Source: an uncultured Verrucomicrobiota bacterium
GTDB taxonomy: Bacteria > Verrucomicrobiota > Verrucomicrobiia > Opitutales > Intestinicryptomonadaceae
Length of the DNA stretch: 64,000 nt
Reading direction: 5' to 3'
Assembly (NCBI GenBank): GCA_949283955.1
Contig: CASDUP010000053.1
Location: 16,324-80,323 of the forward strand
Notes under the pieces: model-generated
Seen by the model: the letters and a program-made list of their open reading frames with translations, nothing else
Databases searched by the model: none
What the model was told of the DNA's origin: nothing
Position numbers and translations under genes: made by a program
Shown here: positions 56,548-64,000 of the stretch, piece by piece
Layout of the letters: every line of letters starts with the position of its first letter
How positions within the stretch are numbered: the stretch's first letter is position 1

Positions 56548-57665
56548 TGGAAAGCTTTCTCGAAAAAGTTGCAGCCGGGGCGAGGGAGAATTTTTTGAAG
56601 TTGCCCTACCCGAATCGCAAAGACAAAAATTGGCGCTTTGCGGATATTTCGTCGTGGGGAGCTAAGTCGCTTGAAAAATATTTTTCCGATTTCTCCGAGC
56701 TTTGCGGATCCGCTCCCGAAGCGCTCGTGGAAGAGGGTTCGGGAGTGGAGATTTTGGGCGCGTCGGAGGCGGCGGCTAAGTATCCGGAGGAGACGGGAAA
56801 GTTCTTCTCGGATCCGGACGGAAAGTTTGAGGCGCTGCAAATGTGCGTTCCGGAAAGCTCGGTTTTGATAGACGTCCCGGCAGGCTCCGACGCGAAAATC
56901 TCCATAAAAGCCTCCAAGATGGATTCTCTTTCCGCATGCGGGGCGATAGTTAGGATAGGGGAGGGGGCCAGGGTAAAAATTTCGAGGGAATTGGGAAGCG
57001 GATTTTTTTCCTCCAGAAGATTTTTATTCGAATTGGGTAGGGATTCCACTTTGGAAATGGGAACGTTTTCCGACTCTTCAAAATCGGCTCCGCATTTTTT
57101 GCGGGAAAAATTCTACTGTGGGGAGGGCTCGAGCATTTTCGACTCCTTCGCGGAAAATGGCTCGTCGTGTTCCAGAAGCGAGAGAATTTTCGAAATTTTG
57201 GGAGAGAGAGTAAAAGTCGATTCGAGGTCGTTTTTGTCGGGGCGTTCAAATATAACCCACGATCTGCGAACTTTTCAAATGCACAGGGCGGGAAATTCGA
57301 AGAGCGACTTGGCTGTGAAGGCGGCTCTGTTCGACGAGTCCTCACTCGCATTTTCCGGGCTCGTCAGGGTGGAGGAGGAGGCTAGAAAAACCGACGCGTA
57401 CCAGAGTTGCAATTCCATGTTGATGTCGAGCGAGGCCCGCTCCCAGAGCGAGCCGTCCCTGGAAATTTTGTCGAACGACGTGGCGTGTTCGCACGGATGC
57501 GCGGTGTCGCGCCCCGACGAGAACCAGATTTTTTACATGCGTTCGCGCGGAATATCGCTCGAGGTTTCCCGTTCGCTCATATTGAGGGGATTTGCCGAGA
57601 GCGTGTTCGAAAAGTTTTCGGACAGAAAATTTGCCGAGAAGTGGATTGAGGCTCTGACTAGATAG
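56547..57665 (+). CDS. sufD: Fe-S cluster assembly protein SufD
   Basis: WRF near N-terminus, FSGLVRVEEEARKTDAYQ, PSLEILSNDVACSHG, FYMRSRGI. ATG overlaps the sufB TGA. Confidence 0.9.
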   Translation: MESFLEKVAAGARENFLKLPYPNRKDKNWRFADISSWGAKSLEKYFSDFSELCGSAPEALVEEGSGVEILGASEAAAKYPEETGKFFSDPDGKFEALQMCVPESSVLIDVPAGSDAKISIKASKMDSLSACGAIVRIGEGARVKISRELGSGFFSSRRFLFELGRDSTLEMGTFSDSSKSAPHFLREKFYCGEGSSIFDSFAENGSSCSRSERIFEILGERVKVDSRSFLSGRSNITHDLRTFQMHRAGNSKSDLAVKAALFDESSLAFSGLVRVEEEARKTDAYQSCNSMLMSSEARSQSEPSLEILSNDVACSHGCAVSRPDENQIFYMRSRGISLEVSRSLILRGFAESVFEKFSDRKFAEKWIEALTR

Positions 57666-57706
57666 TTCTCTTGCTCGAACTTAAAAATACGCCCTTGCGG
57701 GCGGGC

Positions 57707-57745
57707 AAAAAAAATCCGAACGCCAAAAGCGCCCGGATTTTTTTT
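57707..57745. terminator. Bidirectional terminator between sufD and fumarase
   Basis: A-tract, TCCG...CGGA stem, T-tract. Confidence 0.65.
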
Positions 57746-57753
57746 GAGCAGAA

Positions 57754-59376
57754 TTAGAGCTGTTTGAAGAAGTCGTTGCCCTTGTCGTCCACGAGAATGA
57801 ACGCCGGAAAATCCTCTACTTCTATCTTCCATATCGCTTCCATTCCGAGTTCCGGATACGCGACAAGCTCGACCTTTTTGATGTTGTCCTTGGCGAGTAT
57901 TGCAGCCGGACCTCCTATCGAACCCAAGTAGAAACCTCCGTGTTTTTTGCATGCGTCGGTCACTTGCTGGGAGCGGTTTCCCTTCGCTATCATGATCATG
58001 CTTCCCCCGTGCGATTGGAATAGGTCCACATAGGGATCCATTCTTCCGGCGGTGGTCGGCCCGAAGGATCCGGAAGCCATTCCTTTCGGAGTTTTTGCCG
58101 GTCCCGCGTAATACACGGGGTGGTCCTTGAAATACTGGGGCAGATCCTTTCCGGAGTCGAGAAGGGCCTTCAAACGCGCATGGGCTATGTCGCGGGCTAC
58201 TATAATCGTTCCGCGCAGTTTTAATCTCGTCTTTACCGGATATTTTGAGAGCTCTTTCAATATTTCACCCATGGGGCGGTTGAGGTCTATGTCGACAGCT
58301 CCGTCGGCCATGTTGACGTCGCGGTATTTTTCGGGAATGAAGCGGGCCGGATTTTCCTCGAGCTTTTCGAGCCATATTCCCTTCTCGTCTATTCGGGCCT
58401 TGATGTTTCTGTCGGCCGAACACGACACTCCGAGCCCTACGGGGCAACTGGCTCCGTGCCTGGGCATTCTGACCACACGTACGTCGAGCGCGAAATTCTT
58501 TCCTCCGAATTGAGCCCCGATTCCCAACTTCCGGGTCTCCTCCAAAAGCCTCTTTTCCAGCTCTATGTCGCGGAAGGCGTGAGGAAGCGGATCCCCGTGG
58601 GTTGGAAGATCGTCGAAGTACTTTGCGGAGGCCATCTTCACCGTCTTTAGGCAAAGCTCGGCGCTCGTTCCACCGACGACCCAAGCTATGTGGTAGGGTG
58701 GGCAGGCGGCGGTTCCGAGCCCCCTCATCTTCTCAATCATGAAGGGTATCAATTTGTCGGGATTGATGAGGGCCTTCGTCTCCTGGTACAAATAGGTTTT
58801 GTTGGCGCTTCCTCCACCCTTGGCTATGAACAGAAATTCGTACTTGTTGGAATTTGTCGCAAACAAATCTATCTGGGCAGGAAGATTGCAGCCCGTGTTT
58901 ACTTCGTCCCACATGTTTAGGGGCGCGTTTTGCGAATAGCGCAAATTTTCCTCGGTGTAGCAATCGTAAACTCCCTTCGACAAAAATTCCTCGTCGCAGC
59001 AATTCGTCCAAACTTTCTGGCCTTTGTATCCTATTATGGTCGCGGTTCCCGTGTCTTGGCACAGAGGAAGCTTGCCCAGAGCCGAAACTTCGGCGTTGCG
59101 AAGCATTGTAAGAGCCACGTTTTTGTCGTTGTCGGAGGCCTCGGGATCCTCGAGAATTTCCGCGACCTTCTTCAGATGTTCGGAGCGCAGTAGAAACGCC
59201 ACGTCCCTCATGGCGTTGCGGGCGAGAAAGGTCAGCGCTTCGGGGCTTACCTTCAGGATTTTTTCTCCGCAACATTCCTCAACCGATACTCCCTCGGTCG
59301 AAATTAGTTTGTATTCGGTCGTGTCCCCTCCGTGCGGGAACATCGGCTGATATTTGAATGGAGGAGGATTTGCCAT
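57754..59376 (-). CDS. fumA: Class I fumarate hydratase (Fe-S), fused alpha/beta
   Basis: [49 protein letters not shown]. fumA versus fumB cannot be distinguished. Confidence 0.95.
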   Translation of the reverse strand: MANPPPFKYQPMFPHGGDTTEYKLISTEGVSVEECCGEKILKVSPEALTFLARNAMRDVAFLLRSEHLKKVAEILEDPEASDNDKNVALTMLRNAEVSALGKLPLCQDTGTATIIGYKGQKVWTNCCDEEFLSKGVYDCYTEENLRYSQNAPLNMWDEVNTGCNLPAQIDLFATNSNKYEFLFIAKGGGSANKTYLYQETKALINPDKLIPFMIEKMRGLGTAACPPYHIAWVVGGTSAELCLKTVKMASAKYFDDLPTHGDPLPHAFRDIELEKRLLEETRKLGIGAQFGGKNFALDVRVVRMPRHGASCPVGLGVSCSADRNIKARIDEKGIWLEKLEENPARFIPEKYRDVNMADGAVDIDLNRPMGEILKELSKYPVKTRLKLRGTIIVARDIAHARLKALLDSGKDLPQYFKDHPVYYAGPAKTPKGMASGSFGPTTAGRMDPYVDLFQSHGGSMIMIAKGNRSQQVTDACKKHGGFYLGSIGGPAAILAKDNIKKVELVAYPELGMEAIWKIEVEDFPAFILVDDKGNDFFKQL

Positions 59377-59532
59377 TTCTTATTCCTTTTTTTAAAACGT
59401 ATTGGTTCTTTCCACGATATAATCTCAAATTAAAAATCAACTCTCAAGTTTTTTCGCTTTCCCGGTTTCGTTTTGAAAAACGGCGGAATAGCTACGCTCC
59501 TACACAATGAATCTTGACGAAAAGAGAAAAAA

Positions 59533-61239
59533 GTGAAGAGTGTGAAGCGATTGAATTTTACGGTCGAATTTGAGCCTGCGGAGATGAAACTGATCGACGG
59601 AAAAGTTTTTGACAACCAATACGAGGAATTCTCCAAACTGGGGGAACTTGACGAAAATCTCGCAAGCGCCGCGGTTCGCGGAATGTCCAAAAATTCTTCC
59701 AAAGAGCTGATTTTCGACTATTCCCTAAAAATGCGCATGAACGGGGGCAAAGCTCTCGCCGTGGCTTTGGCCCTCAAAGATTATATCTCTAAAAATTTTC
59801 CAAACGAAAAGCGAATCGGAATAGTTCTGCCGTCTTGCTTGCCGGGTTTTTTGGTGAATATAGCTGTTCAGATGGCGGGCAAAACCAGCGTAAATATCAA
59901 TTTTACCATGGGTTCGTCCGCGGCGAAGGCGTGTCTTAGAAAAACGGAAATCAAGTCCATAATCGGTTCGGAAAAGGTCAGGCAGAAAGTCTCGGAGAGA
60001 TCCCCGGACTTTCCCTGGACGGATAATTTCTTGGACATAGGAAAAATTTTGAAGTCGATAGGAAAGGCGAGAATAGCAAAGAAACTTATCGCAGTATCCC
60101 TTCTCCCATCTTGGGCTTTGATAAAGCTATTCCGAATTCCCACTAGAGGAGGGAACGAGGAGGCGTCGATAATTTTTACGAGCGGTTCCGAAGGAGAGCC
60201 AAAGGCTGCGGTCCTGACGCATAGAAACCTAATTTCCAACGTTTATCAGATGAAGTATTCGGAGATTTTGCAGGCGGGTGTCACTCTTCATGCAAATCTT
60301 CCCCTGTTTCACAGTTTCGGGCAAACCATTCAAGTTTGGTTGTCGGCGATCCTCGGGGTCAGGCAGGTATCGGTTCAGAGTCCTCTTGAAGTCCAGGCAA
60401 ATTTGGAGGCGATGAAAGAAGGGGGATCGTCCCTAATGATAAGCACTCCTACTTTCTTGCGGTCCTATTACAAAAAGGGAACTTCGGAGCATTTTAAATC
60501 TATGAAGATGGTGATAGCTGGGGCGGAAAAAACCCCCGACGGTTTCATGGATATGTGGTGCGCAAAATTTCCAAACGTGAAATATCTCGACGGATACGGG
60601 CTCACGGAAGCTTCCCCCGTGGTTTGTGTAAATCTTCCCGAGGGACTTCCCACGGGCAGATTCAGAAAGGACGCAAGCGGAACTAGACCGAAATCCGTCG
60701 GACAGATTTTTTGCGGAATGAGGGCCAAAGTTTGCGATCCGGAATCGGGTGCGGCTCTCAGGGCAGGAGAAACGGGAATTTTGCACCTGCAAAGCCCGAG
60801 CATTTTCGCGGGATATTTGAATCAGCCGGACTTGACGGAAAAAAAATTGAGGGACGGTTGGTTGGATACCGGAGACTTGGCGTTTTTGGACGAAGACGGC
60901 TATCTGTACATAAAGGGCAGATTGTCCCGCTTTTCAAAAATAGGCGGTGAAATGATACCGCATTCGACTCTCGAGGACGTTATAGCAAAAGCTTACGGGG
61001 TTGAGGAATCGGACGTTCCGATGGTGGCTGTCGGTTCAAAAATAGATGAAAATAAGGGAGAGGCGCTTGTAGTGCTGGCTGCATTCGACATAGATCCGAA
61101 AGATCTCAGAAAAAAGCTTGTGGACGCAGGGCTTCCCAATCTTTGGATGCCAAGAAACATAGTAAGAGTGGAAAAAATTCCGGTGCTTTCCACGGGAAAG
61201 TTGGATCTGGCAGCTATACGCAGGGAGTGTGCGAAGTAG
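59533..61239 (+). CDS. AMP-binding acyl-ACP synthetase (Aas C-terminal-like), lacking the acyltransferase domain
   Basis: FTSGSEGEPKA, LPLFHSFG, TPTFL, GAEK, GYGLTEASP, DTGD, GRLSRFSKIGGEM, STGKLD. Confidence 0.88.
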   Translation: MKSVKRLNFTVEFEPAEMKLIDGKVFDNQYEEFSKLGELDENLASAAVRGMSKNSSKELIFDYSLKMRMNGGKALAVALALKDYISKNFPNEKRIGIVLPSCLPGFLVNIAVQMAGKTSVNINFTMGSSAAKACLRKTEIKSIIGSEKVRQKVSERSPDFPWTDNFLDIGKILKSIGKARIAKKLIAVSLLPSWALIKLFRIPTRGGNEEASIIFTSGSEGEPKAAVLTHRNLISNVYQMKYSEILQAGVTLHANLPLFHSFGQTIQVWLSAILGVRQVSVQSPLEVQANLEAMKEGGSSLMISTPTFLRSYYKKGTSEHFKSMKMVIAGAEKTPDGFMDMWCAKFPNVKYLDGYGLTEASPVVCVNLPEGLPTGRFRKDASGTRPKSVGQIFCGMRAKVCDPESGAALRAGETGILHLQSPSIFAGYLNQPDLTEKKLRDGWLDTGDLAFLDEDGYLYIKGRLSRFSKIGGEMIPHSTLEDVIAKAYGVEESDVPMVAVGSKIDENKGEALVVLAAFDIDPKDLRKKLVDAGLPNLWMPRNIVRVEKIPVLSTGKLDLAAIRRECAK

Positions 61240-61725
61240 TGTTTGGCTTGCTTGCTCGGAGAATTCTTTTTGCGTTTCTGCGGAGTGCCGAGCCTTATAA
61301 ACCGGAAAAACGAAAAAATTTCGCGCCAAACTTCTCCTTACTTGTTTCGCGAATTATTCCGTTTCTACATCTTCCGCAAAACCGGATTTTTCTTCCGCCA
61401 AAATATAACTTCTTTGCGGTTTCTAAGCGGTTTGATTGGCCTCATTTTTTCGCTCTATTATTGGCAAACGTAGCTTGTTTCTCCTAATGTTTTTTCATGC
61501 GCCTATAATTTTGAAGGTTAGAAGGCGCGGGCTATTTTTTCCTTTGAAACTTGGTTTGCTTGTTCCCCCCGAGTCGCTTTGAGGGGAATTATGGGAGTCC
61601 TCTGTTATTCGCGGGATTTTTCCTCTCTTTCGATTTTGGAGCAATCGGAATATTCGCCAATATAAAAGGTTCAAGAAATCCTCTCTTGAAAGATTGTTAA
61701 GCTTGTGCGGCGTCCAAGCGAACAC

Positions 61726-61760
61726 AAAAAAAGGCTTCGGAAAACCGAAGCCTTTTATTT
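61726..61760 (-). terminator. Intrinsic terminator after the porin gene
   Basis: AAAAAAAGGCTTCGG-AAAA-CCGAAGCCTTTT. Confidence 0.88.
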
Positions 61761-61777
61761 TGTCGCCTAATTTTAGA

Positions 61778-63025
61778 TTAGAACAATACCTGGACCTGCG
61801 CAAGAATCGTGTTGGAGTACATGCGCGATTCGTCGCTCTGGAAGATGGATCCGGTGTAGTATCCGAACTCGTATCCGACAGAAGTCTTGATGGCGTTGGT
61901 TATGTACCAGTTGGCGCCGACATAGACTGCAGCAGCATTGTCGAAAAGAGCTCCGGTTCCATTGCCGAGAACGTTGTTAGCCGTTCCGTTGCCGACTCCC
62001 ATTCCGTTCGAAGCTACATAGGATCCGCGAACGACGGGCTCAATGGCTCCCCAGTCGCCGATATCCATTTTGTAAGCAACCGTGAGGTTGGCTCCGAGAG
62101 GAGTCTGTCCCACGCCGTTCCTGTAGGAGTAATTCTCAACCTGCTGGAGGAAGAACTCGCCGATGACCGTCAAACCCTTATAGGTGAAAGCCGCATAGGG
62201 GTTGATTCCCCATGTGCTACCAATGGCTCCATTGGTAAGGGAGAAAGCTCCGCGGGGAGCATAGCCGAAGTTGCAACCCATGTCGAGAACGCCTTCATTC
62301 AAAGCCATCTTGTAACCAACAGCAGCCCAGAAGCTGAGACCGTCGTTGCTGGCGCTTGTCGGGTCGCTCTCGTCTATGTTGGAGGTGACGGCGACGCTGT
62401 AATAGAGGCCTTCGCACTGGGCGACCGTTCCTTCCCAGAAGATACCGGTCGTGCGGCTGCCGAAGTTGTTCTGCAAGGAACCGTTTCCGTCCGGACGGGT
62501 GAAGAACCACGTGGCTATCGAGCGCTCAATGGCGAGCTGCTGGAAGTCATCAGTGGTCTGTTCGTAGCCCATGTTGACTTTGCGGAAACCGAGGTCGAGC
62601 CTGCCGGTGAGATAATCGACATCGATTGTCTTAGAGAGGACAACCTTGTCGAGGTAGTTGCGATTCGCTCCTTCCGTTCCGAAATCGGTCACGAGGGTAG
62701 CGGTCCAACCTCCGCCGACGTCCGCTTCAATTCCGAGCTTAACATAGCGGAGGAGGAAGGTGCTCGTTTGCGTAGAAGGAGTTCCGCCGGGAGCCTTCAC
62801 GCTATCCTTGTTGAACGCGTACCAGCCGGAAGCTCCACCGAACAACTTGATGGACTTGGTATTGGCGTTGCCGGGGGAGACCGTCACGGTATCCTTGGCG
62901 ATTTGCGCGGCTTCCTGCTGTGTAAGGACGCCCTTCTTGACGAGTGTCTCGAGAAGCGTCTTATCCTGAGCGTTGGCGGCAACGAGAACGCCGGCCGCCA
63001 ATAAACCGAGAATTAATTTTTTCAT
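61778..63025 (-). CDS. Outer-membrane beta-barrel porin (OprO/P-like putative porin)
   Basis: Signal MKKLILGLLAAGVLVAANA, alternating aromatic beta-strands, LRYVKLG, C-terminal AQVQVLF. Confidence 0.85.
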   Translation of the reverse strand: MKKLILGLLAAGVLVAANAQDKTLLETLVKKGVLTQQEAAQIAKDTVTVSPGNANTKSIKLFGGASGWYAFNKDSVKAPGGTPSTQTSTFLLRYVKLGIEADVGGGWTATLVTDFGTEGANRNYLDKVVLSKTIDVDYLTGRLDLGFRKVNMGYEQTTDDFQQLAIERSIATWFFTRPDGNGSLQNNFGSRTTGIFWEGTVAQCEGLYYSVAVTSNIDESDPTSASNDGLSFWAAVGYKMALNEGVLDMGCNFGYAPRGAFSLTNGAIGSTWGINPYAAFTYKGLTVIGEFFLQQVENYSYRNGVGQTPLGANLTVAYKMDIGDWGAIEPVVRGSYVASNGMGVGNGTANNVLGNGTGALFDNAAAVYVGANWYITNAIKTSVGYEFGYYTGSIFQSDESRMYSNTILAQVQVLF

Positions 63026-63267
63026 ATAGTTTTGATGTAGTTTGTTTGGTTTTTCTAAGAGGCGAACCACACACGAAATGCGAACACCGCCCCCTATTTT
63101 CCGACAGGAATTCTTAAGCTCCGTTCCGAAAATGCAAGCATTTTTTTTATCTTTGAAGCGCCCAAAAAATTTCGTGGTTTTTAAAAATTCGTTCTGGACC
63201 ATGCCGAAATGCAAAAGGGGCAAATTTGCGCCGAGCACCAAAGTTTGCTCTTTTTGCGAATGGTCAT

Positions 63268-63306
63268 AAAAAAAAGCGCCGCACCAAATTTTTTGGGCGG
63301 CGCTTT
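63268..63306 (-). terminator. Intrinsic terminator after tkt
   Basis: AAAGCGCCGC...GCGGCGCTTT stem with a minus-strand U-tract. Confidence 0.8.
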
Positions 63307-63319
63307 AACCAATCGACTC

Positions 63320-64000
63320 TTACAGGGAGGATTCGTTGATTTTAAAATAATCGTAAAGTTCCGATTCCGTTCCCGAAAATCCGAAATCGTCCGTTCCAAC
63401 TATCTTTTCCGCGTATTTGTGCCACGGAAGCGTAGATCCGGCTTCTATCGCAACCCTGTTTTTGCAGGAAGCGGGCAAAACTTCTTCCTTGTAGGAATCC
63501 GGCTGCCTGTCGAAGAGCTCCATGCAGGGCATCGAAACAACCCTGACTCCGGGTTTGCCCTCGGCGGCTTTCATAGCAAATTGAAGTTCGGAGCCGCTTG
63601 CTATTATTATTTTCTCGAGGTTTCCGCTTTCCCGCTTTGCCACATACGCTCCCTTTAGAACTCCGTTTCTTCGCGTTTCCACGGGAATGGAGTTTTGAAT
63701 GGGCAGGTTTTGCCTCGACAGAAGCAGGGCAGTCGGCTCGTTCTTATTTGAGAGGGCGAACGCGTAGGCTCCGGCGCACTCTTCCGAGTCGGCGGGGCGG
63801 ACGACATTCAAGTGCGGTATGCATCTGAGCATGGCGGCCGTTTCCACGGGCTGGTGCGTCGGACCGTCTAGCCCTACGCCGATGGAGTCGTGCGAATATA
63901 TAAACTGCACGTTCAATCCGGACAGAGCAGAAATTCTGACCGCTCCAAGCATGTATCCTGCAAACGTAAGGAAGGTGGCTCCCGAAGGAGTAAACAAACC
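63320..64000 (-). CDS. tkt: Transketolase, C-terminal part (5' end outside window)
   Basis: GATFLTF, HDSIGVGLDGPTHQP, RPAD, LSRQNL, ASGSEL, VVSMPC. Confidence 0.95.
   Translation of the reverse strand, partial: GLFTPSGATFLTFAGYMLGAVRISALSGLNVQFIYSHDSIGVGLDGPTHQPVETAAMLRCIPHLNVVRPADSEECAGAYAFALSNKNEPTALLLSRQNLPIQNSIPVETRRNGVLKGAYVAKRESGNLEKIIIASGSELQFAMKAAEGKPGVRVVSMPCMELFDRQPDSYKEEVLPASCKNRVAIEAGSTLPWHKYAEKIVGTDDFGFSGTESELYDYFKINESSL

Noticed and set aside
61243-61803. ORFs 61243-61473 (+) and 61495-61803 (-)
   Set aside because: Phe/Arg/Lys-rich translations typical of AT-tract noise; no RBS; one crosses a terminator.
61694-63004. 436 aa plus-strand ORF antisense to the porin
   Set aside because: Shadow ORF from codon bias of the real gene; the translation has no protein-like features.
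63850-63900. Transketolase GLDGPTH instead of GEDGPTH
   Set aside because: A single substitution beside intact catalytic Asp/His; too weak to imply changed function.

Overview
A gene-dense, mostly housekeeping 64 kb bacterial segment. It is most likely from a Verrucomicrobiota (Opitutales-like) genome; this is inferred from the Minf_1886-type protein, the long Lys/Ala-rich DksA and the porin type. It holds about 50 apparently intact CDSs and two tRNAs (initiator Met-CAT, Leu-TAA). Functions covered are replication/repair (dnaN, dnaE, recF, ruvB), envelope biogenesis (lpxK, lpxB, gnnA-like, lspA, fabV, an Lpt fusion, Aas-like, wza/wzc, porin), core metabolism (carB, purE, hisI, hemL, nadE, fba, fumarase, tkt, ndk, sufCBD) and a sugar-use patch at about 8-29 kb (GH127, GH3, esterase, Gfo/Idh/MocA, TIM-barrel isomerase, AraC). 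I found no integrase, transposase, prophage, CRISPR array or defence system, and no clear multi-gene novel system. The best leads are unusual protein architectures and one regulatory element: (1) a Wzc kinase with a 17-tyrosine Gly/Tyr N-terminal tail, paired with a short non-lipoprotein OPX; (2) a single polypeptide resembling LptC fused to four LptA domains; (3) a zinc-free DksA fused to a histone-H1-like tail; (4) a rubredoxin-ThDP enzyme fusion; (5) a carB promoter with an upp/codBA-like GATTTTTTT start region suggesting UTP-sensing reiterative transcription. All family assignments come from motif recognition by eye, with no database search.
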